Assembly: GCA_051294375.1 (NCBI GenBank)
Contig: CM119271.1
Coordinates: forward strand, 16,188,770-16,252,769
DNA length: 64,000 bases
Direction of reading: 5' to 3'
DNA from: Paraspadella gotoi
Lineage: Eukaryota > Animalia > Chaetognatha
A program made the translations under genes and the position numbers. How positions within the stretch are numbered: position 1 is the stretch's first letter; every line of letters starts with the position of its first letter. A model generated the notes under the pieces. The model saw only the letters and a list, made by a program, of their open reading frames with translations. It was not told where the DNA came from and searched no databases. Below, one piece after another: positions 13,410 to 32,835 of this stretch.

Positions 13410-15848
13410 ATGGCGGAGGAAACGGAGACTATGGAATTTGGCGAAAACGAATCTCGACGTCGAAGCAAAAATTCATCGAAAGCGAGAAAACCGAGTTATT
13501 CGAGAAAAGGGAGGAAGAGAGAAGAAGGAAGCCCGAATCAATCGCCCACCAGGATAGACTTCAAGTTTGTCCAATATTTTTTGAATTGAAGATTAAATTT
13601 AAGAATTTATGGATTTTAATTAATGATTTAAATTTGCCAGACGCGAAGAGACTGACCTTTCCTCTCTCGAGATCATTTCGCCCACGGGTTCCATTCTCAA
13701 CCAACAAGAGGCGACGCATCGAGGGAAGAGGCTCGATTGGGGATTTAAGGTCGGGAACTTCTGTCTCTCTCTCTCTCTCTCGTTCGGTCTCAGTCTTTCT
13801 TTCTCTCTCTGTTGGAGAATCCTTTTAAAATAGATTTTAAAAAAATGAGTTTCTTAATCTATTTTGCATATTGCTGTTCCTGAAACTGTTTCTTGTCTTT
13901 CTTGATCTAAGTTGATTTTCTTTTCGTCCTACTCAGGTGGCGCTATCTGCAGAAAAGGTTCAAGACCCGGCCATCTACACCTGCGAGTTGTGCGATCTCC
14001 CGATCCTCATCTACGGTCGCCTCATTCCCTGCAAACACGTCTTCTGCTTCGACTGCGCGAAAGATCAGACGGAGAAGATCTGCCCGCGATGTCGAGACCC
14101 TTTTGCGAGGATCGAACAGTCGGCGCTGGGGACAGTCTTTATATGTGGGTTGGAGAGAAATTAATTAAATTTAATTGATTTAGAATTAAAACAATTTTCG
14201 AGCCTGTCAAGCGAACTGTCGACTCGGTTGCAGGCACCTACGGCGGCGGGAAACAGACTCCGCGCGGCTGCAAGAGAACTTACCTGAGTCAGCGAGACCT
14301 CAACGCGCATATACAACACCGACACAAGAAGCCGTCGGGTTCTGGGTAAGGTTTGGCCGATGGGGGTAAGGGAAGTGGGAGAGTAGGTTAATGAGAATAG
14401 GTAAATGAGGGTGGGTCAATGAAAGTGGGTCAATGAAAGTGGGTCAATGAGGGTGGGCGCATGAGATTATCTGAGTGAGGATGTGTGTAAGAAAAGAAAT
14501 AAATAGTATAAATAATAATAAATATACAGCAGCCGCTTATATCCTCACTCTTCTCCCTCGCATCTCCAGCGGACATTCTGCCGCCACCGTCGCCGCTTCG
14601 ACCGTGACCCCATCTACTTCTAGCGCCTCTAACTCCAGCCTGACCAACTCCAGCATATCCAACCCCATCAGCCAACAAATCGTCTCCACGCTGCCTGGTC
14701 AGTTTTTGAGATGGGTTTTCTGAAAGGAAAAACTTTTTCCATTTGGAGTCTTATTTCCTCTTCCTCGTTTTTTCTTTACTATTTCTTCCTTTTTTGTTCA
14801 TCCTCTTCCTCCTCGTCTTCTTTTTTTTCCTTTATTTCCTCCTCTTCTTCTTTCCCCATTTCCTCTTATGCCTCCTCTTCCTCCTCCATTTCCTCTTATG
14901 CCTCCTCTTTCTCCTCCATATCCTCTTATGCCTCCATTTCCTCTTCCTCCTCCATTTCCTCTTCCTCCTCCATTTCCTCTTTCTCTTCCTCCTCCATTTC
15001 CTCTTCCTCCTCCATTTCTTCTTCCTCCTCTATTTCTTCTTCCTCCTCCATTTCCTCTTCCTCCTCCATTTCCTCTTCTTCCTCCTCTATTTCTTCTTCC
15101 TCCTCCATTTCCTCTTCTTCTTCTTCCTCCTCTTCTTCCTTTTCCTCTTTTTCCTCCTCCTCTTCCTCCGTAGGCAACATCGACCTCAGCAACTTGAACA
15201 GCATCACCGACGCTCAACTCAAACAAGCGGCCGACATTTTGGCAGCGACGATAAACGCGGGGAAATCGACGAAACCGTCTGCGGCGGCGTCGTCCGATTC
15301 GGCGCCGGGCTCGTCGGCGTCGACGGCGCCGCCACCGCTCGAGTCAGTCACGAACTTACCGGCAGCGGCTGTGCCCGCCTATCCGCCGGTCGGGGCGCCC
15401 TACCCGCCGCAGGTCAGACAAGTTTTATTATAATTTAGTATTTCTCATTGTTTATTAATAATTAAAAAAATTAAGTCGATTTAAATGGTGTCTGTTTTAA
15501 TAAAAGGGTCCACCTCCCTCTATCGTCAACGGAGCTCCTCCAACCGGCCCGCCTCCAACCCACTTTAACCCGGCTGGTCCAACTGGCGGTGGAGGATTTC
15601 CGCCGCCCCATCCGGGTTACCCTCCCATGTCGGCCCCTTCGCAACCCGGCCCGACGGGCTATTACCCACCGGGTCATCCCATTGGGTCTGCGCCGGGGCC
15701 CAATGCAGCCACGCCCCCCGCTTATCATCCCGGGATGGGAAGGGCGCCCATGAATCACCATCCTCAGTTCGGGAAGGTGATTGGGCGGGTGATTTGGCGG
15801 GTGATTGGTTCACAGTTAACTGACTTCCTTTTATTTTTCTTTCAGTGA
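13410..15848 (+). CDS. CBLL1: E3 ubiquitin ligase Hakai (CBLL1), about 8 exons; the stop codon begins the last exon
   Basis: [30 protein letters not shown]...CPRC followed by HYB motif [20 protein letters not shown] and a Pro-rich tail. Confidence 0.93.
14755..15170. repeat. Pyrimidine-rich low-complexity tandem repeat (about 18-21 nt TCCTCTTCCTCCTCCATT units) filling a Hakai intron
   Basis: Seen directly between donor G|gtcagt (~14698) and acceptor ccgtag (~15173). Confidence 0.85.
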
Positions 15849-16580
15849 TTCTGAAAAATCAAAGGAGAGGAAAGATTACGCGAGGACACACGATTACAAC
15901 TGGAAAGAGGATGACGACAACGATAACAACAAAGGAAAGACGACGACGACGATAACAACAAAAAGACGACGACAACGATAAAAACAAAAAGACGACGACG
16001 ACGACAATGTCGTTTTAGACTTAATTCGCGAATTTGTTTCAACTGTTAAGGTTTTTTCTTCTTGTTCATTTTTCCAGTTTTTTTTTTTGTTGTTTTTTTT
16101 TAAATTGCTAATTAAAATTCAATTTATTCGTTTTTTTTAATTCTGAGATTTTTTTCATTTTTTATCGTTGGAATTTTATCCTTCGACTCAGAATGAATCG
16201 GTGACTCGGGTGTGTGTCACTTGTAATTAAAAACAGGGAATCGGTCTCAATTTTCCTTTCTTGCCTTTTTCACTGTCTGATGCCTTCAGTGATCAAAGAT
16301 CATTGATCACTTAAGGCAAGAAACTTGGTCAAAAACTGGTGATTGAACACTCTTCATCATCATCATCATCATCATCTAGTTTTTCTAACAAATAAAATAA
16401 ACAAAATTGAAAACCTTTTTTTTAATTTGGCCCATTTTTTTTTGTTCCGTAATTATGCCGCAACTTTAAAAATATATATATATTTTTTTTTATCCCCGAA
16501 AAAATGTTTTTCGAAATTAAGGAATTTGATAGAAAACAATAATATCGTTACACTATACAATCAGTGAATTTTTTTCTGTC

Positions 16581-18280
16581 TTAAACATAATAACAAGGGC
16601 AGATTAAACGAAGCAGCGGATTGGCCGCTGCTCCTGCTGCGGCTGCTACGGGGACTGCTTTCTCTCCCTCGTCATCGAGAAGGAAAACTGCTTCGGGTTT
16701 TTCTCCGGACGATTTCCATTTTTCCTCTTCTTCCTTTTTCCATTTCTCCTCCTCTTCCCTTTTCCATTTCCATTCGTCCTCACTTTTCCATTTCTCCTTC
16801 TCTTCTATTTCCACGTCTGAGAATTGAGATTCGTCCAGATTCTTTTTTGGGCTGAGAAGGAAGCGGAGCGGGCCGATTATTCATGAAAAATTCAAAGATT
16901 ACTTACAATGAATATAAAAGTTTAATATATTTCACATAAGTATTAGATTTCTTTATTTCTTTCTTTCTACCTGAATTCGCCCTCTTTCGCTTCTCTTATC
17001 TTTTCTCTTTTCATTCCTATTTTCTCGACGCCTTTCCTCTCTTCTTTTTCCTCTTTTCGCTTCTCACTATCGCTTCTCTTGTTCCGCTTTTCTTTTTCCG
17101 TCTGCGTCTTATTTTCCTTTCGCTTTTCTCCTTCTTTTTTCCGCTTCTCACTTCCCTTTCTCTGCTTCCCGCTCTTGTCCCTCGTTCGCTTCCCTTCATC
17201 TTGGGCCTAAAAAAAGTTAAATTTAAACAAAAAAGAAAAAGAAAGAAAAAAGGAAAAAACTTTGACTGACATTTTCGTCTCCTTTTTCGATTATATCTTC
17301 TTCTTCACTACCAAAAAAAAGAAAACAGTTTCGATATCTCATTCTTTTCTCGGATGTAATGAGTTTATTATTCATTGAGGATAAATATCAATAAACGAAC
17401 TAAATGGGTTTCGAGTCGGTCGAAGTGAGAGGCAACTGTGTCGTCTCCGCGGCGCTCCTTGATAAATATTGATTAATTACTTGATATTTATTATTTAAAC
17501 AAAGAAGATTTCGTCTTTGAGAATTAAACCGACTTAGATTTGCTCTCAGCTATGGAGACGATGATGGACGACATCTTGATTTCCTCTTCAATGATTTCCA
17601 TTTCGATCTCCGCCGCCAACGAACCCAAAGTGTTGCGAATTCTGTTAATTGATTTTGTGAGATGACGATGTCACCATGAGTAGTGATCAGTAATGATTGA
17701 TTCCACCCGTTTGATCCCCACCCAATTCTGAGCGTCTTCAAAGGAACGAATTGATTGATTTATTTATTGATTCCACCTGTTGGATCCCCATCCAATTCTG
17801 AGTGTCTTCAAAGGAACCAATTGATTGATTCATTTATTTATTTATTCCACCTGTTGGATCCCCATCCAATTCCGAGCGTCTTTAAAAGAACCAATTGATT
17901 GATTGATTGATTAATTCCACCTGTTGGATCCCCATCCAATTCCGAGTGTCTTCAAAGGAACGAAACTCGTTTCAGGAATCGAAACCAAACCTTTTCAAAT
18001 TCCAAGGATTAATTTTCGCAAAATTAACCGAAAACAATATTATTTAAATTCGGGCATAGAATCGCATTCCACTCAATTTCCCCCCAAAAAAATATGTACC
18101 CTGCTCGTAGTCACCGCTTTCGGGAGACTCTCTTGGTTCGGCGTTGGGAAAAGTCGGGGAATCTCGGCGATCCGGTTCGTCGCCGCCTCCACCGGGGCCT
18201 CCGCCGCGGTTCCCACTGGGGACTCCGCTCATGTTTTCGTATCCCGGTCGAGAGGGAAGAAGCGCCGTCGCCGTCGCCAT
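16581..18280 (-). CDS. Orphan charged/low-complexity protein, about 7 exons, ending LLRLICPCYYV
   Basis: Seven GT-AG exons join in consistent phase (about 18280-18100, 17990-17921, 17641-17534, 17457-17401, 17307-17271, 17206-16971, 16851-16581). No family recognised. Confidence 0.6.
17695..17962 (-). repeat. Four tandem ~70-75 bp copies of an exon 3' end plus splice donor
   Basis: Repeated plus-strand unit ttccacctgttggatccccatccaattcYgagYgtcttcaaaggaac. Confidence 0.85.
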
Positions 18281-18712
18281 CTTTCGACTCTCAACATCGA
18301 AAAAAAAGAGTCGCTTTTTTTTCGCTTCTCCGCTTCTGAGATTTTCTAAGATCAATTTCTAAGAAATGGGATTTCATCTTGCAGTCAATTTCCAGAAGAC
18401 AACACTAACTTCCCCATCCCAAACAGATAAATAATAATATATTTAAAAATTTAACACAAAAATATTTTAACAAAGAAATACAATTATAAATAATAGTTAT
18501 TTTAAATCTAAGATCCTAACATTAGTTTCAAAAACATTGTTTATCGAAATCGTCGTAAAAAGAAGACGCACCGTTCGATTCAGATCTATTTTTAGAAACA
18601 AATTGGATAAAAAACAATTAGAAAAAAAGAGTTGGCGGCCACGTTCGGCGACTAAAATCGACGCCGCGATTTTTCCATCTTTTTCCATTCTGCTTCTGCC
18701 GCGGCTGCGCCG

Positions 18713-20692
18713 TCACTGCTGTTTTTTCTCTGACGGTTGCTCCGCTACGCAGACCTCGACATCGTCGACGTCAATATCGACGTCGTCCTCCACCGACGTC
18801 GTCCTCAACCGCAAGACCTCGTCGCTCTCCTCGATCAGTTTCGCGTTTTCCTCTCCGCTCGTTCGTTTGTAGGCCTCGACTTCGCTGGAAATTGGGGATG
18901 GGGGGATAGTCGTTCAGTCTGAGCTAGTTTGATATTATCCACCATACTATCGTTCGTGGCCAAAATTCCAAAACTTTCCGTGATCAATCAAGCAATTGTG
19001 CTCATCTTAAATTCCTATCTTTCTTCGTCAGTTCCATCACATTCCAAGCGATTACAGTGGATTTATTTTCGACAGCTATTGCAGGCAATAAGCTTGGTCT
19101 GGTTTTGACAATCTATATATCTCATTAACAAAGTCCAAGAGTCAGGTTGACCCAACCTGGTCTCCTCCGCGCCGGCGCCGTCCTTCCGCTCTTCCTCCTG
19201 CGTCTCTCCGCCTTCCGTGTTGTTATTGAGCGTGAGCATCTGTCCCAAAGAAAGAAGAAGAATTTCACACGAGGTCAAGCGTCTGAGTCGAGAGGCGCGA
19301 GAGAGACGGAACACCTTCGAGGTCAAATCGTACAGAGGCCTCTTTGCCTGATTCTCGTTGTCTCCGCTCACGTCGTCGGGCGAAGAGGAGGGTTTTTGGT
19401 CGATGCTTTGACTTTTGTTTTTTTTGGGGGGATGAGAAACGCGTTTGGTTAGTTATATGTTGATATTATTTCTTGATTAAGGATTTATATTATATGACTT
19501 CGAAGACGGTCACCTGTTATCGTTAACGCTGATGAGTTTTTCCGCAAATGCTGAAAGTGATAATGCCATTTGTTAGATTTTAGCCCTGCGCATCAGGCCA
19601 TTATTGCTGCCCTCATGTCTCCATGTCAATATTTGTTATCCATGCGTATGGTTAAAGTTTTCATTGGTTTCTTAATCACACTTTTTGGCTCATGAAATCA
19701 GGGCGCATTGCAGTTGAAATTACCCATATAGTTAAGTTGCAATTTGGGGCCCTCGTCTCACCGTTGGGGTCTTGTTGAATCTGAGTGACGGCGTCGTTAA
19801 TTGCATCGTCTGCCTTGATTGCCGCTTTTCCCACATTTGGCGCCAGAATCACCGAGTAGAGGTATTCGGCGAAATTCTCATATTCTGAAAAGGATTGACG
19901 GATGGACGCGTTGGTCGTTGGCGGAATCTAATTGTAATACTTGGTTTCTACCTTCGTAAGGATAATGCATGAAGAGCATGAGAATGGCGGCTTGAATCAG
20001 CGGATACATCGGAATCTTTCTCAGAATAAAATCTTGATGTGAGAGGAAAGAATGGATTTGTAATTAGAACATTTACAACGCATGACCGATCATTGTTAAA
20101 CTCAGAGTTCAACTTTAAATTTTCAGACATCCAAGAGTTACAAAAAAATCTTATAACGGGGCCCCGCGTTTCAAATTTTAGACCAGTATTAACTATCCAT
20201 GTTAGAGACAACCTTATCCACAGAATTCACCGAAAAGTCGTTGGACGAGAAAGAAGAGTCCGTAAATGATCCAGTAGATTAGCCACCGACGAATTTTTCT
20301 GTCGTCTTTGCGAAGAATAGCGCAAAGAGACGCGAAGGTGGGATAAACAAATCCTGCGTTAATGGAATGGGTGACGGGAGATATTATTAGTCTTGGATCA
20401 GAGAGATGTCATTATACGTCATTGAGAGAATGTATTGAAGACAAAGAAGATTTAAATAAATGAGTCAACTTACCCACGACATTAACCAAGAAGTTTGCAG
20501 TTGGGCGGAAGATGAAGGGAATGATGAGTATCACTCCAAGGGAACTGTAGAAGATATAGGCCGCCATCTGTGGGAGAAACGAAGATGGAAGCTCATTTAC
20601 ATTTCGAAATCTACAAGAATTCCAGGACCTTTGAAGCAAAATTTGATGTAATTATTATACATTGTATAACTTACCTCTTGTTCGCTCGCCAT
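18713..20692 (-). CDS. REEP/DP1/Yop1 (TB2/DP1/HVA22) family protein, divergent, with acidic C-terminal extension
   Basis: Spliced product contains LVNVVGFVYPTFASLCAIL...RWLIYWIIYGLF...DFILRKIPMYPLIQ...AEYLYSVILAP, matching REEP5/6 motifs. Confidence 0.8.
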
Positions 20693-20953
20693 TTTCTCGT
20701 TTCTCGTTTCTCGAAGAACGAATTTTCTCTAACCAGTTTTGGTAAAGCCTTATTTTAATGCGCTGTTGTTAAGACATACCTTATTTTTAAATCGTAGTAG
20801 TTTCTAACATTTTTTTTCCTTTTAAAATTTTTGCAGACCGTCATAGGCCGAAAATTATCCGGCTTCCCTTTTAAGGTTTCAGACTGAATCTATTTTTTAA
20901 AAAAGTTTTAGTCTAAAAACAAAAGCACAAAAACAAAGATTTTGTGAGAGAAA

Positions 20954-26714
<5,761 letters not shown>

Positions 26715-28439
26715 GATGATGGAGATGGAGTTGGAGACGGAGACTTGGCTCCAGCTGCTCCATCCATTTTTTTGGAAACTGAAAATAAAACTGAAAAGCG
26801 AAAAAAAAGGGAATTGAATTCGAAAGACGAGATATGACCCGGATGAGACCGTGGTGAGACCCGGATGTCGTCGTCGCTTAAAACTTCTTCAAATCGCTTC
26901 TAGTCCATTTTTCATAAAAAACCAAGTTTATTAATTCAATAATTATTAATTAATTAATTTTAATCTCCATCCATCCATTTATATTCCGTTTTTCTCTCGT
27001 GACTCAAACGAGAAAATTAAAGATTTTTTTCTTTTTTTTCCATTTTCTTTTTTTTCTTTTTCTAATTAAAAATTCAGAGATTTTTTTTGGTTAAAATTGA
27101 AAAATTTCGTTCGTTTATTTTTTTTTTGTTTGCGCTTACGAAAGTTGAATTGCTGTTATTTTCATGTACTGATTTAGCCAGTTGAAATTTAAATGTTATG
27201 ATTTTCAGCAGACTTTTTTGTCAGTTCTCTTTAAATTTTAGACAAGAACTTGTTTGTTAATTTTATTTTTGTCCTCCATTTTCTCAAATGATTATGGCTA
27301 GTTTCTGTCACTTAATTATGAATGCTCAAGGCAATTTTAAACTTATTAGATTATTGTTTAATGTATATAGAAAACAGTTTTTTTTAAACTTTGAAGATTA
27401 ATCTGTGATAGTACTTATTTCAAAGCCATTTCAATGACTGTAGTTTTGATTTAGCACTTTTTCAAGGATTCGTGAACATTATTTATGGCACAACTGGATA
27501 TAATCTGATTAGCAGCTACATTTTTTTTTAAATTGCCAATTCTTTTCTATGATGAACAATTCCGTATGTTAGTTTATTCTGCCGTTATTGATTTATATCA
27601 GGCATAAATTACAAATTTTAAAAGTTTGACATTTTGCACAATTGGCCTGGTCTGCATTAGTAACCCAATCTATTTTATCATTTAACTCTTCCATTTTCGA
27701 TACGTTTCTAATTTTTTTTAAGCACAAACGAAAGTTACTTAACTATTTTCATAGTTAATATTTCAAAGTTTTCTAAATTGAGTTATTAATTTTTCCATAC
27801 TTTTCAATTTTGTTCCTTGACTTTCTGAAAAAAATGTTACTTGAAGACCTAAATATTCTAGATCTCTTTTTCTTATACGTTTCCAACTAGACTTTGGAAA
27901 AGTCGACTTAACCTAGTTTTTTGACTGTTGATCCGTGTTCGTTATAATAATATTTAGTTACTAATAAATCTGTTGCTTGGCATGGATTCTTGATTTTTTG
28001 CTTTGAAATGTTTTTTTTTTTTTTGTCGAGTTTATTTTACGAGGTCAAGGAAAGTGGGTCTTTGGCAATAAAGTCTTAGGTTATCTAAAGTATCTCTCAT
28101 ACTTGAGAAAAGAAAAAGAAAAAGTCACATATATGGGAATAAACCGAAAATAATTAAAAAAAAAAAAAGGAAAAAATCCTTTTGTGTTTCTCGACTCGCC
28201 ACCTCCTTCGCTTTTCCAAACGAAGCTCTTACTTGCCGCCCGAATGTCTTCTGTCTCTGTTCATCTGTCTGTCTGTCAGTCCTGATTTTTGGGAAATAAA
28301 TTTTATCAGGAAATTTTTGTTGGATTTATTTTGGATTTATTACTGTTTATTTATATTGTTGTTGGATTCTGAACTTCATATTCGATTCGCTAAAGATGCG
28401 CTGAACCTCCAAAACCGAGGAATATTCTTAGCCCTTTAC

Positions 28440-29489
28440 ATGGCTCGACTCATTCCTGTGGGGCTGAGCTTGGGTCAGGTGGGCCTTGCCGGTCACAGCT
28501 GCCGCCGGCGTGGCTGGTCCAATTTTAAGACTCGAAGGCGACTCACCGAAGGCATCTTCAGCGGATGGCTCAATACTCAATGGAATCGAGGTGACGTTAT
28601 GGGAATCTGTTTTTGTAGTATTTTGCACGTTCCTTAATGTCATTTGCATATTGTAGTAGTTTAAATTATTTCTAAAACATTTTGATTAGGTTTTCTTTGT
28701 TTCCTTTAATGATTTTAGCGATACCTCTGACGGGTAAATAACAAGAATTAGTTTTCTAACTACTATTCATATATTTTAATTAAGTATTGTATCTTTACAA
28801 AATCCTTGTCCACTCCCCACAAAAAAGTCGACTCTAAACGGGTCAAAGAAGTTGGTCCGGACCGCGCATGCGCCGAATGGCTTCTTCGATGCGGCGGCGC
28901 CTGTCGCCTGATCGGACGCGCCTCGTGGCTCACCGACTACAACGCGCTCGTCAACTTGAACCTCCGATCAAGAATCGAAGCTATCGACGCGTCGGGCAGC
29001 TGCGTCAACGCCACGGGATTCCGTCATCTTGAAGGCAGGGTTTAGGGGGGGGGTTCGGGGATCTGTGGATTTTAGTTGAAAATTATCAATTATATGTATT
29101 TGTATATATATTTATGTATATTAATGTAAAAGAAATATCAAAGGGTTGAATTTTTATACTAATTTAAAATCCACTTAGGCTTGACGGAGCTGCGTTTTGT
29201 GAAGATCGATTCTTGTCATCAAGTCACCGACACGGCGCTGCAGCTGCTGGCTACGTTCGCCGCGCCCACCCTGCAGCGCCTTATCCTCTCCAACTGCGGG
29301 ATGGTTTCCGACGTCGGGTTGCAAGACCTCGTCGCTTTGAAGAAACTAGAGATTCTCGAACTCTTTAATCTCCCCGGAGTCGAGAATCTCGAAGGCGTCG
29401 TCGGGAAGTTGAAGGCAGAGTTGAGAGGATGCCAAGTCAGAAGGGAAATTGTGGACAAAGACTTGCATCTCATACAGAGGGACAAGTGA
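28440..29489 (+). CDS. ATP5S: ATP synthase subunit s / factor B (DMAC2L), mitochondrial LRR-like protein. Exons ~28440-28590, 28828-29034, 29179-29489
   Basis: WLNTQWNRVDSKRVKEVGPDRACAEWLLRCG, IEAIDASGSCV, GFRHLEGL, CGMVSDVGL, LFNLPGV. Confidence 0.9.
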
Positions 29490-29964
29490 TGGTGAAGGAC
29501 TATCATAAATCTCATACAGAGGGACAAGTGATGGTGAAGGACTATCATGAATCAAAAATTAGGAAAGAGACATGGAACTCATTGACTAATGGACAAGGTA
29601 GAAGCCAAGATGAAAACCGCAATAAGTCAACGCTTGAGGCAAAAGCCTCGATTTCAGTCAAAATTTGCATCTCACTTTCGGAAGATCCGTCTTGTTCTCA
29701 CTGTCTGAATACGTTAAAGACTGCGCAGAAATTTAAAACGATTACAACAACGATTAAAACAATACAAGGAACGAGATTTGCTCCTTTAAAGGCCATGCGA
29801 TGGAAAAGCAGTAAATATTGTTGAATAAAACAAACAACTTCGCTTTTATACTTTATAGTTTCATACAAAATCATTTTCATTGGTTGTTTTCTTTGCTAAT
29901 TGTTTTGTTTCTATCTATTTCTTATATTAAGTTTATTTCTTCACAAAAAAAACAAACTAAAAAA

Positions 29965-32764
29965 ATGGCGTCGATTGAAAATGTCTCGTCGACGATCGAT
30001 TTTTCTCCTCCTTTCGATCTCGACTGGACGACGACAACGACGACGAGTCCGCCCGACGACGATCTTTTCGGCGAACTCTGCCTCGCGACGAATCGTCCCA
30101 GCGACGATCTTTTCAGCGATCCGAGTCTGAAAACGGCGAGATCGACGACTCCTTGCGGCGAAGATCTCTTCGGCGAACTGGGACTTTCGCCTTTGGACGT
30201 CGATTTAGACGTCCTTCTTTCGGGCGCCGACGTCGACAAAGACTCGGATTACAGTTCCAACGACAGCGAAGGTCTCTCCACCGGCGGCCGCCGCCCCACC
30301 GCCCCTAACTCCGCCGCCTACTCGGATTTTCTGTCTCGATCGATCGACGAGGGACTCGACCCGACTCTCGCTTCAGTGTCGAGTCCGAACGGTGCTTTGG
30401 CGGCGCCGGCGCCCGCATTTCCAGTTCTTGGCGCCGCGGAAGAAACTCTTGGCACCGGATCTAATTCTCTCTTCGACGCATCTCCATTTCTTGGCGATGC
30501 GATTTCTTCGGGTGGCGCGTCTTCTCTCAGCGCCGTACAGTCACCCGGCTCTGCACAATCTCCCAGCGCCGCGCCTCCAGTTTTTAAGGACCTCTTGTTT
30601 TCCGCTTTGGCTCAAAGCAAAGTCGTGGACGATTTAAAGAGAGAACCTCTATCCCCCTCCTCCTCCTCCTCCCCCCCAGTTATCCCCTCCTTCTCTTCCC
30701 CCTCCTCTCCTTCATCGAATTCTAGTTGGACGGTGGCGTCGCCGCCTTCGACTTCCGCCGGCGCCGTCCCGTTTCCACCGGCGTCGGCGGCGCCGCTCCA
30801 ACCCGGCGCTCAGTCATTAGCTTACGTTTTACGTGACGCCAACGGAATCTGTTACGTCTTGGAAAATCCCATCAAAGTCGAGCCGAATCTGACGTCCGAA
30901 TTTCCGGCGGAAGTCTCGCCGAATCTGCTCAATGTTTCGGAAGACACGGTTACGCCGAAGCCGCTGCTGCCGAAGACGGCGGCGGTGAAAGCTGCGGCTG
31001 CGGCGGGGAAGAGAAAGGAACGAGCGACGATGTCGACGACGACACAATCGAAGAGAAGCAGAATGATGACGAACGAATTGGACGCCGTCGTCGCCGACTT
31101 CCCCGCAGTCGCTGCCGACGCCAACGCCGATGCACCCGTCGACCCTGAGCGCCTCAAACTCTGGCGCCGACAACAACGAATGATCAAGAACCGAGAGAGC
31201 GCTCTCGTCTCACGACAGAAGAAGAAAGAATATCTGACGACGCTGGAGGAGCGGCTTCACGCAGCTCAGCAGGATAATCTCAGGCTGCAGCAGGAAAACG
31301 ACCAACTTAAGAATCGCCTCTCGCAGCTGGACAACGAGAACCGGAAGCTCGGCGGCGGCGGCGGCGGCGGAGGGCGCAAAGCCGTCGTACTCATGGTCGT
31401 CGTCTTCGTCGTCGCGCTTAACTTTACTCCTTGGCTGCGTCCGTCGAAATTGGCCGAAAATCGAAAGAGATTCGCGTTGACTGAGAATATAGAGGCGACT
31501 GATCAAGAGTGGGCGATCGGGGCTCCGCGCGGCGGAAAGCGTCGTCTGCTCGGCGATTTTGGATCGAAAGCGGCGGAGGCGATTTCGGCGGCGGCTACGG
31601 CGTCGGCTACGGCGTCGGCGGCGTCTGCTGCTAGAAATGCCTCTGATTCTAGGTGGCGCAACTCGACGCTTCTCTGTCCTCAGCTCCACAATTCGAGCGA
31701 ATCTCTTCGTTTGGCGACAGAATTGAAGGTTTGGGCCGACAGCCTTACCGCCGCCCGACAGTCGGCTAGCAGTGGCGGGCGGACGTCGGCCAAAGACACC
31801 AAGATTAAAGCGCCTTCGTCTTCGTTGTTGTCGCCCGAATTCCGGCGTCATCCTCGTCCTGAATTTGGACGCCGCGGCGCCATTGACTCGCGCCGCTTGG
31901 ATCTCGAGAGGCTTAAGTTCGAGGCGGAGGCGACCGCCCGGCGATTCCGGTCATTTTCCGGCGCCGATGCCAGAGATCGACGTTTTAGATTTTCATCGGC
32001 GGCCGGGAATCACGCCGGGCCTTCCACGCAGGTAGAAATGTCCTTCAGTGATTTTAAAAAAAAATTGAGCATTTGAGAACTTATGTAGAGAACTTCTTTT
32101 TAAAATTATGAGTTCAGTATTTTTTGACTGAATGGATATTGTTTGCATCAATTTAATGTCAACATCGTAATATTTGTATCGCTTCATTCATCTCCAGGTC
32201 GTCGTCTACGATCGAGGCGCCGACCGTCGCCAATCCCGTCCACCCGGCGCTTTCCTTAAAGACATCGGCGCCCGAAACGATTCTTTTTATCTCGTTTCCT
32301 TCAGGAAGGATTATCTCCTCCTTCAGCCCGACGCCTTCAATAAGACGGGCAGGATTAAGATGTCCTTCATGGTCCCCACCGTCTCGCCGGGCAATAGGTC
32401 GGGTCGGGCACCTGAGGGCAGTCTGCCCATGATGCAGATCGATTGCGAGGTCAGTGTTAAGGCTTCTTTGAAAAAATTCGAATTCAGTTAGCAATAGACT
32501 TAGCTTATATTCATCTCTCGATCTCTCTCTCTGCAGGTGATCAACATGAGTCTCGTCCACCTGACGAAGGAATCTCTCCCCGATTACCTTCGCGCCGATT
32601 CGGGCGAGGCCACTTTTTCTGAGGCCCCCTCCAATGAGGCCCCCTCCAATGAGGCCCCCTCCAATGAGGCCCCCTCTGGTGAGGCCTCCTCTTCATTTCC
32701 CGTCGAAAGCGAAGATGTCGTCCGAAAGACTAAACTTCGAAAATCCTCAAAGAAGAAACCTTAA
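29965..32764 (+). CDS. ATF6: ATF6 membrane-tethered bZIP transcription factor. Exons ~29965-32031, 32198-32448, 32537-32764
   Basis: b[26 protein letters not shown], transmembrane [14 protein letters not shown]1P site RRLL, luminal motifs [17 protein letters not shown] and MMQIDCEV. Confidence 0.95.
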
Positions 32765-32835
32765 ATTATGATCGATGATCAAAGTTAAAGGATCGAGACT
32801 CGATCTCACCATTTCGCCTTCGCTGCTTAATGAAC

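Noticed and set aside
13551-13641. Apparent GA-AG intron in Hakai (AG|GATAGA)
   Set aside because: A canonical in-phase donor AA|GTTTGT lies 12 nt downstream with no intervening stop.
14711-15438. Long Ser-, Leu/Phe-, Pro- or Glu-rich ORFs
   Set aside because: Artefacts of an intronic pyrimidine repeat; only ~15174-15412 is exonic.
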